Virus record (IMG/VR): IMGVR_UViG_3300017971_000007
DNA length: 64,000 nucleotides
DNA from: a virus
Strand: one strand, 5' to 3'
Below are positions 37,690 to 46,333 of the stretch, piece by piece. Below the pieces are notes generated by a model, which was not told the DNA's origin, searched no databases, and was given only the letters and a program-made list of their open reading frames with translations. How positions within the stretch are numbered: position 1 is the stretch's first letter; the number at the start of each line of letters is the position of its first letter. The translations under genes and the position numbers were made by a program.

Positions 37690-37994
37690 TCTTTTTTGAG
37701 GATAGGAATTCTCGGTTCGATAGCCTTACTGATGTTCCCTATCCTAATTGTTATGCCTGTCCTCGGATCGAACTGCTCGCCACAAGCAATACACTCCATA
37801 TCAAATTTTGGAAGTATGCCGTCTTGCTGAAACATTCTGTGGAAGTCGCCTATCTTTTTGCAGGTCCCTCCACATCTGGGACAATTTTGCGATGCATAGA
37901 ATTTGGAATCTGCTTCCGCAGCTGGGGTAATGACGTCCTCCGCTCCTTCTAGCAGCTTCTTAGTTTCCTCTTCGTCTAGAAATTTCAAATGCAT
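37686..37994 (-). CDS. zinc-ribbon protein (CPRC...CIAC), 102 aa
   Basis: two CxxC pairs; promoter TTGAAA-N16-TAATGT 6 nt before the ATG. Confidence 0.7.
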   Translation of the reverse strand: MHLKFLDEEETKKLLEGAEDVITPAAEADSKFYASQNCPRCGGTCKKIGDFHRMFQQDGILPKFDMECIACGEQFDPRTGITIRIGNISKAIEPRIPILKKD

Positions 37995-38091
37995 GATGTT
38001 ACATTAACAAATGTGGATTGTTTTTCAATATTTAAGAAGTTCGGTTTCTTAGGATGTCGTTAATTCTGTACTATTTATGAAGAGGTAGTTT

Positions 38092-39318
38092 ATGTCGCAT
38101 GTTTACCAAAATGGCTTACTTCTAACGAGCCCGGCTTCTCAGGCAAATGGACGGACCTGGTCCAAATGGTTTTACATGACACTCACTGAGTGTTTAGGTT
38201 TAACCGTTGTCGACAAAGACACTAACGGACGATGGGACTCTACAAAGGGCTCAGGCTCTAGCGGTGCTACAGTCACATCGTATCCAGCCAACTTCGACAT
38301 AACGGGAGATGGCTACAATTTCACGACTGCAGATGAAGGTCGATATATTACGATAAGCGGCTTTACTGGCGAATTCTCCAACAGAAATGCTACTTATAGA
38401 ATTCTTAAGTATGTTTCCTCAAAAGTCGTCATTTTGGATATTCTAAGAAGCTGTCACTCAGAAGGGCTCCCCCCAACTTTCACAGGCCTAACTTGGAAAC
38501 TATGGGCGGCAGACACGACCGATTGTCCAGATGCCGGCGATTGGTTTGTCTATCCCGGGACCGGTCTCCAAGCTGGTGGCTTTACTTTCCATGTGAAAGT
38601 CACAGTCGGTATTTCTGGAACCTACACCTGCTACTTTCCACAATTTGAAGTCGGTCCCTACGGTGACTGGAATCCAGGGACTGACGCCTGGGGGAGTGCC
38701 AGGCATATCGACTATGGATTCATTAACAAGGACAATTCCATCTATCAAGTCGATGAGTCTTTCGTCATAGCTAGCATGAGTGAAGACTGCCTCACGGTTA
38801 TGACCAGGACCCTGGATAATTACAAATCCTGGCATGTTACTTATATTGGAGAAATAGACGTCGCTGACGACGTAACAGATACACGCCCAGTCGTCATCAT
38901 TCAAGGTTCAAATGGCGATGGAGATCTTGATAACATCATCGGCTACGGCCTGGATTCTTCAAATACCGACATCTATAAAGGCGCACGTTGGCTTTCTGCG
39001 GATGATGATACACTGACCGTTACGGGCTATCTCTGCACATACCAAGTACGGCCAGAGGCCGATGAGAGCATGGTCAGTGGCCAACACCGCAGTAAGAGCT
39101 CTCTGACTGGCAATAATTATGATGGATTCTTCACCCTCGAATGTAGGGATTGGGCGACGAACGGGGAGCTACGAGGAGTCACTAGAATCTTAGGCATGTC
39201 AAATGACGGAAACATGCGTGGAATACGTATGTTGGAAGGTTCTAGATTGCACGTTTTCGGAGGCCTATCATTGGCCTGGCACAACTCTAATATCTCAGAC
39301 CCGAGGATAGCGAGTTAA
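38092..39318 (+). CDS. putative tail/receptor-binding protein, paralogue A
   Basis: similar along its length to 40637-41929. Confidence 0.6.
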   Translation: MSHVYQNGLLLTSPASQANGRTWSKWFYMTLTECLGLTVVDKDTNGRWDSTKGSGSSGATVTSYPANFDITGDGYNFTTADEGRYITISGFTGEFSNRNATYRILKYVSSKVVILDILRSCHSEGLPPTFTGLTWKLWAADTTDCPDAGDWFVYPGTGLQAGGFTFHVKVTVGISGTYTCYFPQFEVGPYGDWNPGTDAWGSARHIDYGFINKDNSIYQVDESFVIASMSEDCLTVMTRTLDNYKSWHVTYIGEIDVADDVTDTRPVVIIQGSNGDGDLDNIIGYGLDSSNTDIYKGARWLSADDDTLTVTGYLCTYQVRPEADESMVSGQHRSKSSLTGNNYDGFFTLECRDWATNGELRGVTRILGMSNDGNMRGIRMLEGSRLHVFGGLSLAWHNSNISDPRIAS

Positions 39319-39321
39319 AAG

Positions 39322-40623
39322 ATGGGATATAAATACATTCGCTCACTTCACTTGTTTGATTCTGATACCTGGAGACGAGCACAACAAAAAGCTACCTGCT
39401 TGTTTCTAAGAGATTGTTGCGGATGGACAAATTTTGCGCAAAATATCATCTCTTCCGGTAGTTTTAATAACGTTGCCGGAGATGGTGTAGAGTATGTTGG
39501 CACGGATGGCCGATTTGACGGCACAGATTGGGTTCTAACTGCAGACTCCTCAACTCCGTTTTCTCCGACTGATGTCACGAAGCTTATACTGATTAATGCT
39601 CCTGATTCCTCGGTGACATGCGGCGTATATACGATTAAAGAATACATTTCTTCGTCACAGGTAAAGATTGATTACAGGGCGGACCCAACGAGTGAATTTC
39701 CTCCTTCAAATCTTGGAGGAACGGCCATCACTTACAAGGTCTGGGCATATAATTATCAATCCCCCGCCTCAAACGGTGATTATTGGAGACTAGAATCTCC
39801 AGACGCATCCAATTGGGCCATTGAATGGCGTTATTATAATGCGGATGAAGCTTGGATTCGTGTGGCAGTGGACGGCAGTTGGGCCGGTAGTAAGATTCTT
39901 GGAGGGGATAATAATACTGAAAATGACCTTAATTTCGGTATTGACCACGGGGAAGGTCATATCTTTTTTAATGTTATTGCTGAAGACAACGGGGAATTGC
40001 TATTGGTGACGAATACACACTACAATACGCAGTACAGCAAATATACGTATGATCACGCTTCTGCCTTCATGGTTAATAAGTTTATGCCGCATTCAGGAAT
40101 TACGTTAGCTGACGAGGAAAAAATCGCGTTATTCGGGCAAAAGACCAGAAAAAAAGAATGGATGTGGGAGCGTATAAGCGATAATTATCGACTAACGCGT
40201 TTTAGGTCGTGGAGTAATTATCACTCTACCTACCTGACAGGGTATGTCTCTGAAGGTATTAATTATAGAGAGACTAGTGCTATAACCCACAAATCCAATT
40301 GGCCTAACTCATTCAGAGACACAAAATACAGAAGTTATGATTTTGTAGGACCTCTAGCTAATAAAATTGGGGATGTGCTAATAACTGATGATCTGAACAA
40401 TAATGAGCTGAAATATCAAAAACTAGGAACAGCCCAACATTATTATGTAACTCCGCCAGTTTTCGTGAATTTTGGCGCGGGTGAGGCGGAGATAAGTACT
40501 CAAGCTTGCTCTGTCCCCCATAAGACACTTTCCAAGACCTCAAGTACATCAAAAGGTGTTTTAACATGCCCCTGCGGCTGGGCTTTTCCATGGCCTGAGG
40601 ACATATCGTTTATTCTTTTTTAA
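39322..40623 (+). CDS. putative tail/receptor-binding protein, paralogue B
   Basis: similar to 41939-43552 (RVAVDGSWAGSKI vs RVAVDGSFAGSKI). Confidence 0.6.
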   Translation: MGYKYIRSLHLFDSDTWRRAQQKATCLFLRDCCGWTNFAQNIISSGSFNNVAGDGVEYVGTDGRFDGTDWVLTADSSTPFSPTDVTKLILINAPDSSVTCGVYTIKEYISSSQVKIDYRADPTSEFPPSNLGGTAITYKVWAYNYQSPASNGDYWRLESPDASNWAIEWRYYNADEAWIRVAVDGSWAGSKILGGDNNTENDLNFGIDHGEGHIFFNVIAEDNGELLLVTNTHYNTQYSKYTYDHASAFMVNKFMPHSGITLADEEKIALFGQKTRKKEWMWERISDNYRLTRFRSWSNYHSTYLTGYVSEGINYRETSAITHKSNWPNSFRDTKYRSYDFVGPLANKIGDVLITDDLNNNELKYQKLGTAQHYYVTPPVFVNFGAGEAEISTQACSVPHKTLSKTSSTSKGVLTCPCGWAFPWPEDISFILF

Positions 40624-40636
40624 GGAGCTACCGTAT

Positions 40637-41929
40637 ATGGAAATTTACCAAAACGGTCTACCTCTCGTAACTCCAGACGGTGTTGCAGATTCTACCGGGC
40701 GCACATACAGTAAATGGCTATACCAGACTCTTAGAGTTAGTGGATGGACGATTGTTGATTCATCTGGTACGGCTTGGACTTCTTACAAAGGAGTTGGTGT
40801 TGCCGGTAAAACTGTTCTCAATGAACCTTCGCAATTCGACACATCAGTTGACGCCTCTTATGTATTTACTTCTGCTGATGTCGGAAGGTATATAACAATT
40901 TATGGATTTATAGCTCCGTATACACACATTAACGGTACTTGGAGAATCTTGAAGGTCTTATCGGATTACGTTATAGAGCTTGATATCCTTAGAGGGGTGC
41001 ATGATTCCGGTCTTCCTAATAGCCCAATAGTCACTGGTCTGACATGGGAATTTTGGGCAGCAGATGCAACAGATTGTCCAGCTACTAATGATCGGATAGT
41101 TGCACGAGGCGAAGGTATTACTCGCGCTGCGCCGTATAATTTTGATGTCCATATCAGAGTAACGGCTATCGGAAGTGACGCCGGAGCGACCTACAATTCG
41201 TGCTTTCCTGCTTATATTGTAGGCCCGTACGGAAATTGGAATGCTGGAAGCCACGATTGGGATGATTCTCGACACACTAGTGAAAGAGCCTCTGGAGGAA
41301 GTGGATTTTTAAGAGAGGTCGATGAAGCCTTGATTTTTTGTTGTGTGGATACTGACAGTTTTGCTGTAGTTATCAGAGAAGTGAACAGTTACGAAAACAC
41401 TGCCTGGAATTATGTCAACGTAGGAGAATTCACGCCGATATTCCCCGAAGCGTTGGATCCCAAGCCTGTTGCTGTATGGACGGGGAGTAATTATTGGCGA
41501 ACAGATGGCGGCAGAGACGCGTCAGCTCTTGGTTATGGTTTGGATACCGGAGGCCAGTTGTACAACGGTGTTCGATACTTAAAATGGCCTGATGAAGTGG
41601 ATACTGTCACCGGTTACGTTTATTTAGATGCTATTAGAGCATATTTTGGCACTTACGGTTATGCAACTCCAGTTATCGGCGGTGCGCACAGACTAAAAGA
41701 TCCAGTTAGCGATAGAATCTATTATCAGAAATTAGTTATCGGCACTCTTGAAAATTCCAGTGGCGCTGGAGAGTACAGGGGGTCAATTAAGAAAATGAAA
41801 TATATTAGTCACACGTATCATCAGCTCGTACACGGAACTAATTCAGCGGAACTTGCTCTCGGTACCGGTATAACGATGAAATGGCACGGAGCTACTATAC
41901 ACAATACGAACATCGACTATCGGGGATAG
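40637..41929 (+). CDS. putative tail/receptor-binding protein, paralogue A'
   Basis: AAGGAG SD; YQNGL...GRTYSKW, WAADATDCP and VGPYGNWN shared with A. Confidence 0.6.
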   Translation: MEIYQNGLPLVTPDGVADSTGRTYSKWLYQTLRVSGWTIVDSSGTAWTSYKGVGVAGKTVLNEPSQFDTSVDASYVFTSADVGRYITIYGFIAPYTHINGTWRILKVLSDYVIELDILRGVHDSGLPNSPIVTGLTWEFWAADATDCPATNDRIVARGEGITRAAPYNFDVHIRVTAIGSDAGATYNSCFPAYIVGPYGNWNAGSHDWDDSRHTSERASGGSGFLREVDEALIFCCVDTDSFAVVIREVNSYENTAWNYVNVGEFTPIFPEALDPKPVAVWTGSNYWRTDGGRDASALGYGLDTGGQLYNGVRYLKWPDEVDTVTGYVYLDAIRAYFGTYGYATPVIGGAHRLKDPVSDRIYYQKLVIGTLENSSGAGEYRGSIKKMKYISHTYHQLVHGTNSAELALGTGITMKWHGATIHNTNIDYRG

Positions 41930-41938
41930 AGGGAGTCA

Positions 41939-43552
41939 ATGACTTACATCAGAGAAGTGAATCCGTCTTCTGCTTTCGAATTTGGACTTAAAGCTCTAGC
42001 TCTCCAGCTTTATTATATCGAGGGTTTTGGCAGTCAGACCGAGGATGTTGATATCTACGGCGTGGGGGATTCTGTAACAGACCCCGACGGCGCAAACAAG
42101 CAGACATTAACTGATGCCGCCGGGAAATTTGTTGCTGCTGATGTGGGTAGGTCTATAACTGTTTCTGGTATGACTAACCCGAATAACAACAACACCTTCA
42201 CTATCACTGATTATGTCTCTGGTACCCAAATCAAGTACGTGAACGCGGCAGGTGGGGCAGAAACTAGTGCATTTGATTGGGTCATCAGTATCTCTGACGC
42301 CAGTTATTTTTCAACAGAGAAGAACGGTTCTAATGGGGAGATAAATCTTACAGGCTCTGACTTCAATTTTAAGGACGCAACTGCTAGCCTGTTCGTTGTC
42401 GGGGATGAAGGGAAGTGGTTGCTCCTTTGTGATAATGCCACGAGTTCCGGGACAGGGGATTCAGTTTCTGCGCCAGTGGCAGGGGAGCAAACTCTAACAG
42501 ATGCTGCCGGTCTTTTTGTCGCATCAGACGATGGACGTCTGATTGCCATTAGCGGTATGACGAATCCGAGAAACAATGGTGTCTTCCTCGTCACGTATAT
42601 CAGTGCCACGCAAGTCAAGTACGTCAATCCTACAGGCGGGGCTGAGACGGCAGACTTTTCGTGGTCTATAAGCTCTAGAATAAGTGGAATTTATAAAATT
42701 AGCACCTACGTAGATGCAACTACTGTTACTATCGATTTAAGGAGTGGGGCGACTGAATATCCGACACAAAGAGTCTCTCCCGATGACGATATCGTCTGGC
42801 ATGTTTTGGCTGAGGATTATCAACTGCCTAATAGAGACACTCAATGGTTCCGACTGACAACCCCGCATGCCTACGGATGGGCCGTAGAGATCCAAAGAAA
42901 TACGGGCTCGACATACGTGGGGGCGACAGCCAGGGTGGCTGTAGATGGAAGCTTTGCCGGTTCCAAAATCATAGGCCCGGTTTACTTCGGCGCGAATAGT
43001 ACGGATGAAGTCTGGTTTTATGCCAGCATCTCTCCCGAGAAAATAATCTTTCCGTTCCACAACGTCACGGATTCCAATTGGGGTGGTTTCATCGTGTCTC
43101 ATCTTGAGGCCCTAGAAAGCTCGGAAAAGGCTAACGAGAGCAAAATAGCTCTCATGGGCGACGCCAATTCTGACTACAACCAGTGGGGCAATAACTGGAC
43201 GTTTGGGTGGAGCATCGATGACGTAAATGGCGGCTACACCTGGAATTACGGTCAATCCATGCGATGCTCCGCATGCGATTTGTCTTACCGAAATTCTACC
43301 GAGAGCCTTCGCAGGCAAAGCGGGCGCGGAATGAACAAGAGAACCGGAAAATATGACTTAGTCAGGGCGCTATTCATTCAAGACCGCAACAATGACAGCG
43401 GATATTATGAAAGACTTGGTGCCTTGCTTGGTTTTTATGTAAGTCCAGCTATAGCAGAAAAAACAGCAATTGATAATGTGTGGACTAAAAATAAATTCCA
43501 TATTACTAGCGGCCTTGTAATGGATTGGCCTGGATACACTCCGCAGCACTAA
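41939..43552 (+). CDS. putative tail/receptor-binding protein, paralogue B' with two inserted ~77-aa modules
   Basis: modules at 42056-42289 and 42443-42673. Confidence 0.6.
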   Translation: MTYIREVNPSSAFEFGLKALALQLYYIEGFGSQTEDVDIYGVGDSVTDPDGANKQTLTDAAGKFVAADVGRSITVSGMTNPNNNNTFTITDYVSGTQIKYVNAAGGAETSAFDWVISISDASYFSTEKNGSNGEINLTGSDFNFKDATASLFVVGDEGKWLLLCDNATSSGTGDSVSAPVAGEQTLTDAAGLFVASDDGRLIAISGMTNPRNNGVFLVTYISATQVKYVNPTGGAETADFSWSISSRISGIYKISTYVDATTVTIDLRSGATEYPTQRVSPDDDIVWHVLAEDYQLPNRDTQWFRLTTPHAYGWAVEIQRNTGSTYVGATARVAVDGSFAGSKIIGPVYFGANSTDEVWFYASISPEKIIFPFHNVTDSNWGGFIVSHLEALESSEKANESKIALMGDANSDYNQWGNNWTFGWSIDDVNGGYTWNYGQSMRCSACDLSYRNSTESLRRQSGRGMNKRTGKYDLVRALFIQDRNNDSGYYERLGALLGFYVSPAIAEKTAIDNVWTKNKFHITSGLVMDWPGYTPQH

Positions 43553-43564
43553 AAGGATTAAAAG

Positions 43565-46324
43565 ATGGCAGTTCCAACTGTAACATCAGCAACGGTTGAA
43601 GGCGTTAAAGAGAAGGTCTACACTCTCGCAGATTTACCTGTGACCGTGAATTTAAATGGTGCGGCTACAGAATCTCCTACTGGATACGAATGGTCTATTC
43701 GTAATAATAATCCTGATTCTACAAACGAAGGCGGGGTTCCAGAAGCAGCAAGTGGTTTGCTGTCAGGAGTACACGGGGATTTTACCAATGGCTTGTCTAC
43801 GACTCTGGCATCCTCTATTACGCTGAGCCAACCAGGAGCTTATAAATTCTCTCTGCGTGCGCAAAACGGGGAAGGTTGGAGTGACCCCACGTATTATGGT
43901 GATAGGGGAGATTGTGAATGCATCGTACGGATAAAGAATGAGTACGGTAGTGAGAGAGTCGCACCAAATGAATTTCGTTATGAGAACACTCTCAACGCGC
44001 TTCTTGACACATTAGAAGAGAATGCCATTGGATCCTCATCTCCCATATTCATCCCTTCTCTTTGGATAAAACCAGAAACACCCCATGCTGAGGATGACGA
44101 ATTTGAATCTGAAACATTGAGTGGATGGACTGAAAGCTTTACTGCTTCAGCATCTGCGATAGACCCTTATGCTAAATTTGCATCTGGAGACCCTCGTAGA
44201 GTAGTTCACACAAAGCCATATAGAAGTTGGTATTTAATACAGCCGCCAGCGGATTCTACTCCATATTTTTTGCACAAGGCTGTGACAATACCAACAAATG
44301 CGTTTTTTTGGTTTAGGGTATCTGCTTTTGATCGTACTGCCGCAACATCCAATAACGATGCGTCATTTAATTTTTCTATCTGGGCATCCTCTGGCGGAGT
44401 TCCAGATGAAAATGAAAGAATTGTATTATACGCTAATGAGGTTGATGGCTCTGATTTCAGGTTTCAATTTGATATTGTAAATGGAGGGGTCCCTAATAAT
44501 ATAACGAATGGTTCCGACAGACATCAAAAAGGACAAACATTTGAATTTTTCGGCATTCAAAAGTTTGGTAATACTTTTCATGCCTGGGCATTAACAAACT
44601 CTGGACAGAGATTATACATAGGAAGCGGAAATTACACTGGTGGCGCTACTTTAGATAGAATAGGATTTAGATTTACTAACACAGATTCATCAAGTGACCC
44701 CGGAAATGCTATCATGGGTGTTGATTTCTTCCGTATGGTAGAATCTTCTACCTATTTTCCAGGATACGGCGTTCTAGACATCCCCGGTGCTAATTATTCC
44801 AAACCTGAAAACATCCCCATCCTTTCTTATAATTCGGCCTCCGTTGTCGATATTCAATCTGCGCCTGGAGCCTCATCCGTCCTTCGTGCCGTGCTTAATG
44901 ATGGTTTACGTCGTACGGCTGTTTCCCCTCTGACAGTTGATTTGACGACTTCTGGGCGTGGTGGATTGGATACAGGTTCTGTTGCAGCGAATAAACTATA
45001 CCACATTTACTTAATTCCAGATGCAGCCGGTTCAGGGCTAAGTGCTGTAGCATCACTATCTGGTGTAATAAGCGGAGGACCTACAGGTTTTACCGCCTGG
45101 AGATACTTAGGATTTGTAGCGACTGACGGGTCTACTTTCATTTACCGCTTTCAGCAAACCGGAAGTTTATTCACGTTTACTGATATAGAGGGTATAGCAG
45201 TAAGAGCTGGTAGCGCTGTCGGACCGGATGTTTCAGAGATCACTACTGACATGTCTGATTATTTTCCGGAGACAGGAGCGATGGCAATCTTCCGTGTGCA
45301 TATGAACGGAAGAACGATGAGTAGTACTGAATATACTCTTTCTATTAGAAGTACTACCGGCAATGATGGATTTAAACCCTATGCAAATGACGGAGATGTT
45401 TTTTCGATTGCTTCTCCGCCAATTCCTATTATTACACAGCAAACACTATACAGTATCTTAGAACGTGGTTCCGGCTCATCCAATTTAGATAGCTATTCGC
45501 TACGTCTTAAAGGAATAGTTGATGGCGCGTTATCCTCCTCCGAGGCCCAACTCCAAGCCAAATCCCCTCTTACGACAAAGGGGGATATCTACACATTCGA
45601 TACAGAAGAGACCAGATTGTCTATAGGTTCCGACAATCAAATTTTAACCGCAGACTCATCCGTTCCTGAAGGCGTAAAATGGGCAGATAAGTATTTTTAC
45701 AGCTTTGAGGATAATTTCGATGATTCGAGCCTTAATGCAATATGGACACCTACAGCTCCAGGCAGCTCTTCTGTCGTTGAAGGCTCAGATGGAGTTGTGC
45801 TAACGGCCGACGGCGATGATGACCCACAAATAGCAATGTCCTTACCGGCGGGGATAACAAATAGAAATTGGATTGCTCAAGTACACCTTACTGTGAGTTG
45901 GACGGGTAGCCCTGGTAATGCTGGAGTTCACTTCTTACGCATAAATGGTTATGGAGGCGGTGTCGCTAAATTTATGCGCTTTGGCGTGCGCTATTTTCTA
46001 GTCGACGGCCATCACCTTCGCGTCAGTGACGACGGTGCGAATGCTGATTCCGCGTTCTCAGTGGCCTCTGCCGTATGGCTCAGAATTCGAAAGCTTGGGG
46101 ATGAAGTCCGTACTGATTACTACGAAGGCGCAGCCACGGTTGATGTAGATGGCGAAGGCCGCTGGATTGAAAACGACTCGTCAAAAGCCTGGTATGTGGT
46201 ACCTAAATCAGGTACCTATGAATACCCAGTGTCGTACACAGAGTTGGTATTACAGGCAACCCAGTCAACAGATAATCCAGGGGCTATAGCCATATTCAGA
46301 AAATTTAAGCTGCATGTGTTCTAA
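43565..46324 (+). CDS. multidomain tail fibre with two lectin-like domains, 919 aa
   Basis: PKD-like N-terminus; DDEFESETLSGW and EDNFDDSSLNAIW domain starts; fibre motifs LDTGSVAANKLYHIY and LTTKGDI...GSDNQILTADS. Confidence 0.65.
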   Translation: MAVPTVTSATVEGVKEKVYTLADLPVTVNLNGAATESPTGYEWSIRNNNPDSTNEGGVPEAASGLLSGVHGDFTNGLSTTLASSITLSQPGAYKFSLRAQNGEGWSDPTYYGDRGDCECIVRIKNEYGSERVAPNEFRYENTLNALLDTLEENAIGSSSPIFIPSLWIKPETPHAEDDEFESETLSGWTESFTASASAIDPYAKFASGDPRRVVHTKPYRSWYLIQPPADSTPYFLHKAVTIPTNAFFWFRVSAFDRTAATSNNDASFNFSIWASSGGVPDENERIVLYANEVDGSDFRFQFDIVNGGVPNNITNGSDRHQKGQTFEFFGIQKFGNTFHAWALTNSGQRLYIGSGNYTGGATLDRIGFRFTNTDSSSDPGNAIMGVDFFRMVESSTYFPGYGVLDIPGANYSKPENIPILSYNSASVVDIQSAPGASSVLRAVLNDGLRRTAVSPLTVDLTTSGRGGLDTGSVAANKLYHIYLIPDAAGSGLSAVASLSGVISGGPTGFTAWRYLGFVATDGSTFIYRFQQTGSLFTFTDIEGIAVRAGSAVGPDVSEITTDMSDYFPETGAMAIFRVHMNGRTMSSTEYTLSIRSTTGNDGFKPYANDGDVFSIASPPIPIITQQTLYSILERGSGSSNLDSYSLRLKGIVDGALSSSEAQLQAKSPLTTKGDIYTFDTEETRLSIGSDNQILTADSSVPEGVKWADKYFYSFEDNFDDSSLNAIWTPTAPGSSSVVEGSDGVVLTADGDDDPQIAMSLPAGITNRNWIAQVHLTVSWTGSPGNAGVHFLRINGYGGGVAKFMRFGVRYFLVDGHHLRVSDDGANADSAFSVASAVWLRIRKLGDEVRTDYYEGAATVDVDGEGRWIENDSSKAWYVVPKSGTYEYPVSYTELVLQATQSTDNPGAIAIFRKFKLHVF

Positions 46325-46333
46325 GAGGCTGTT

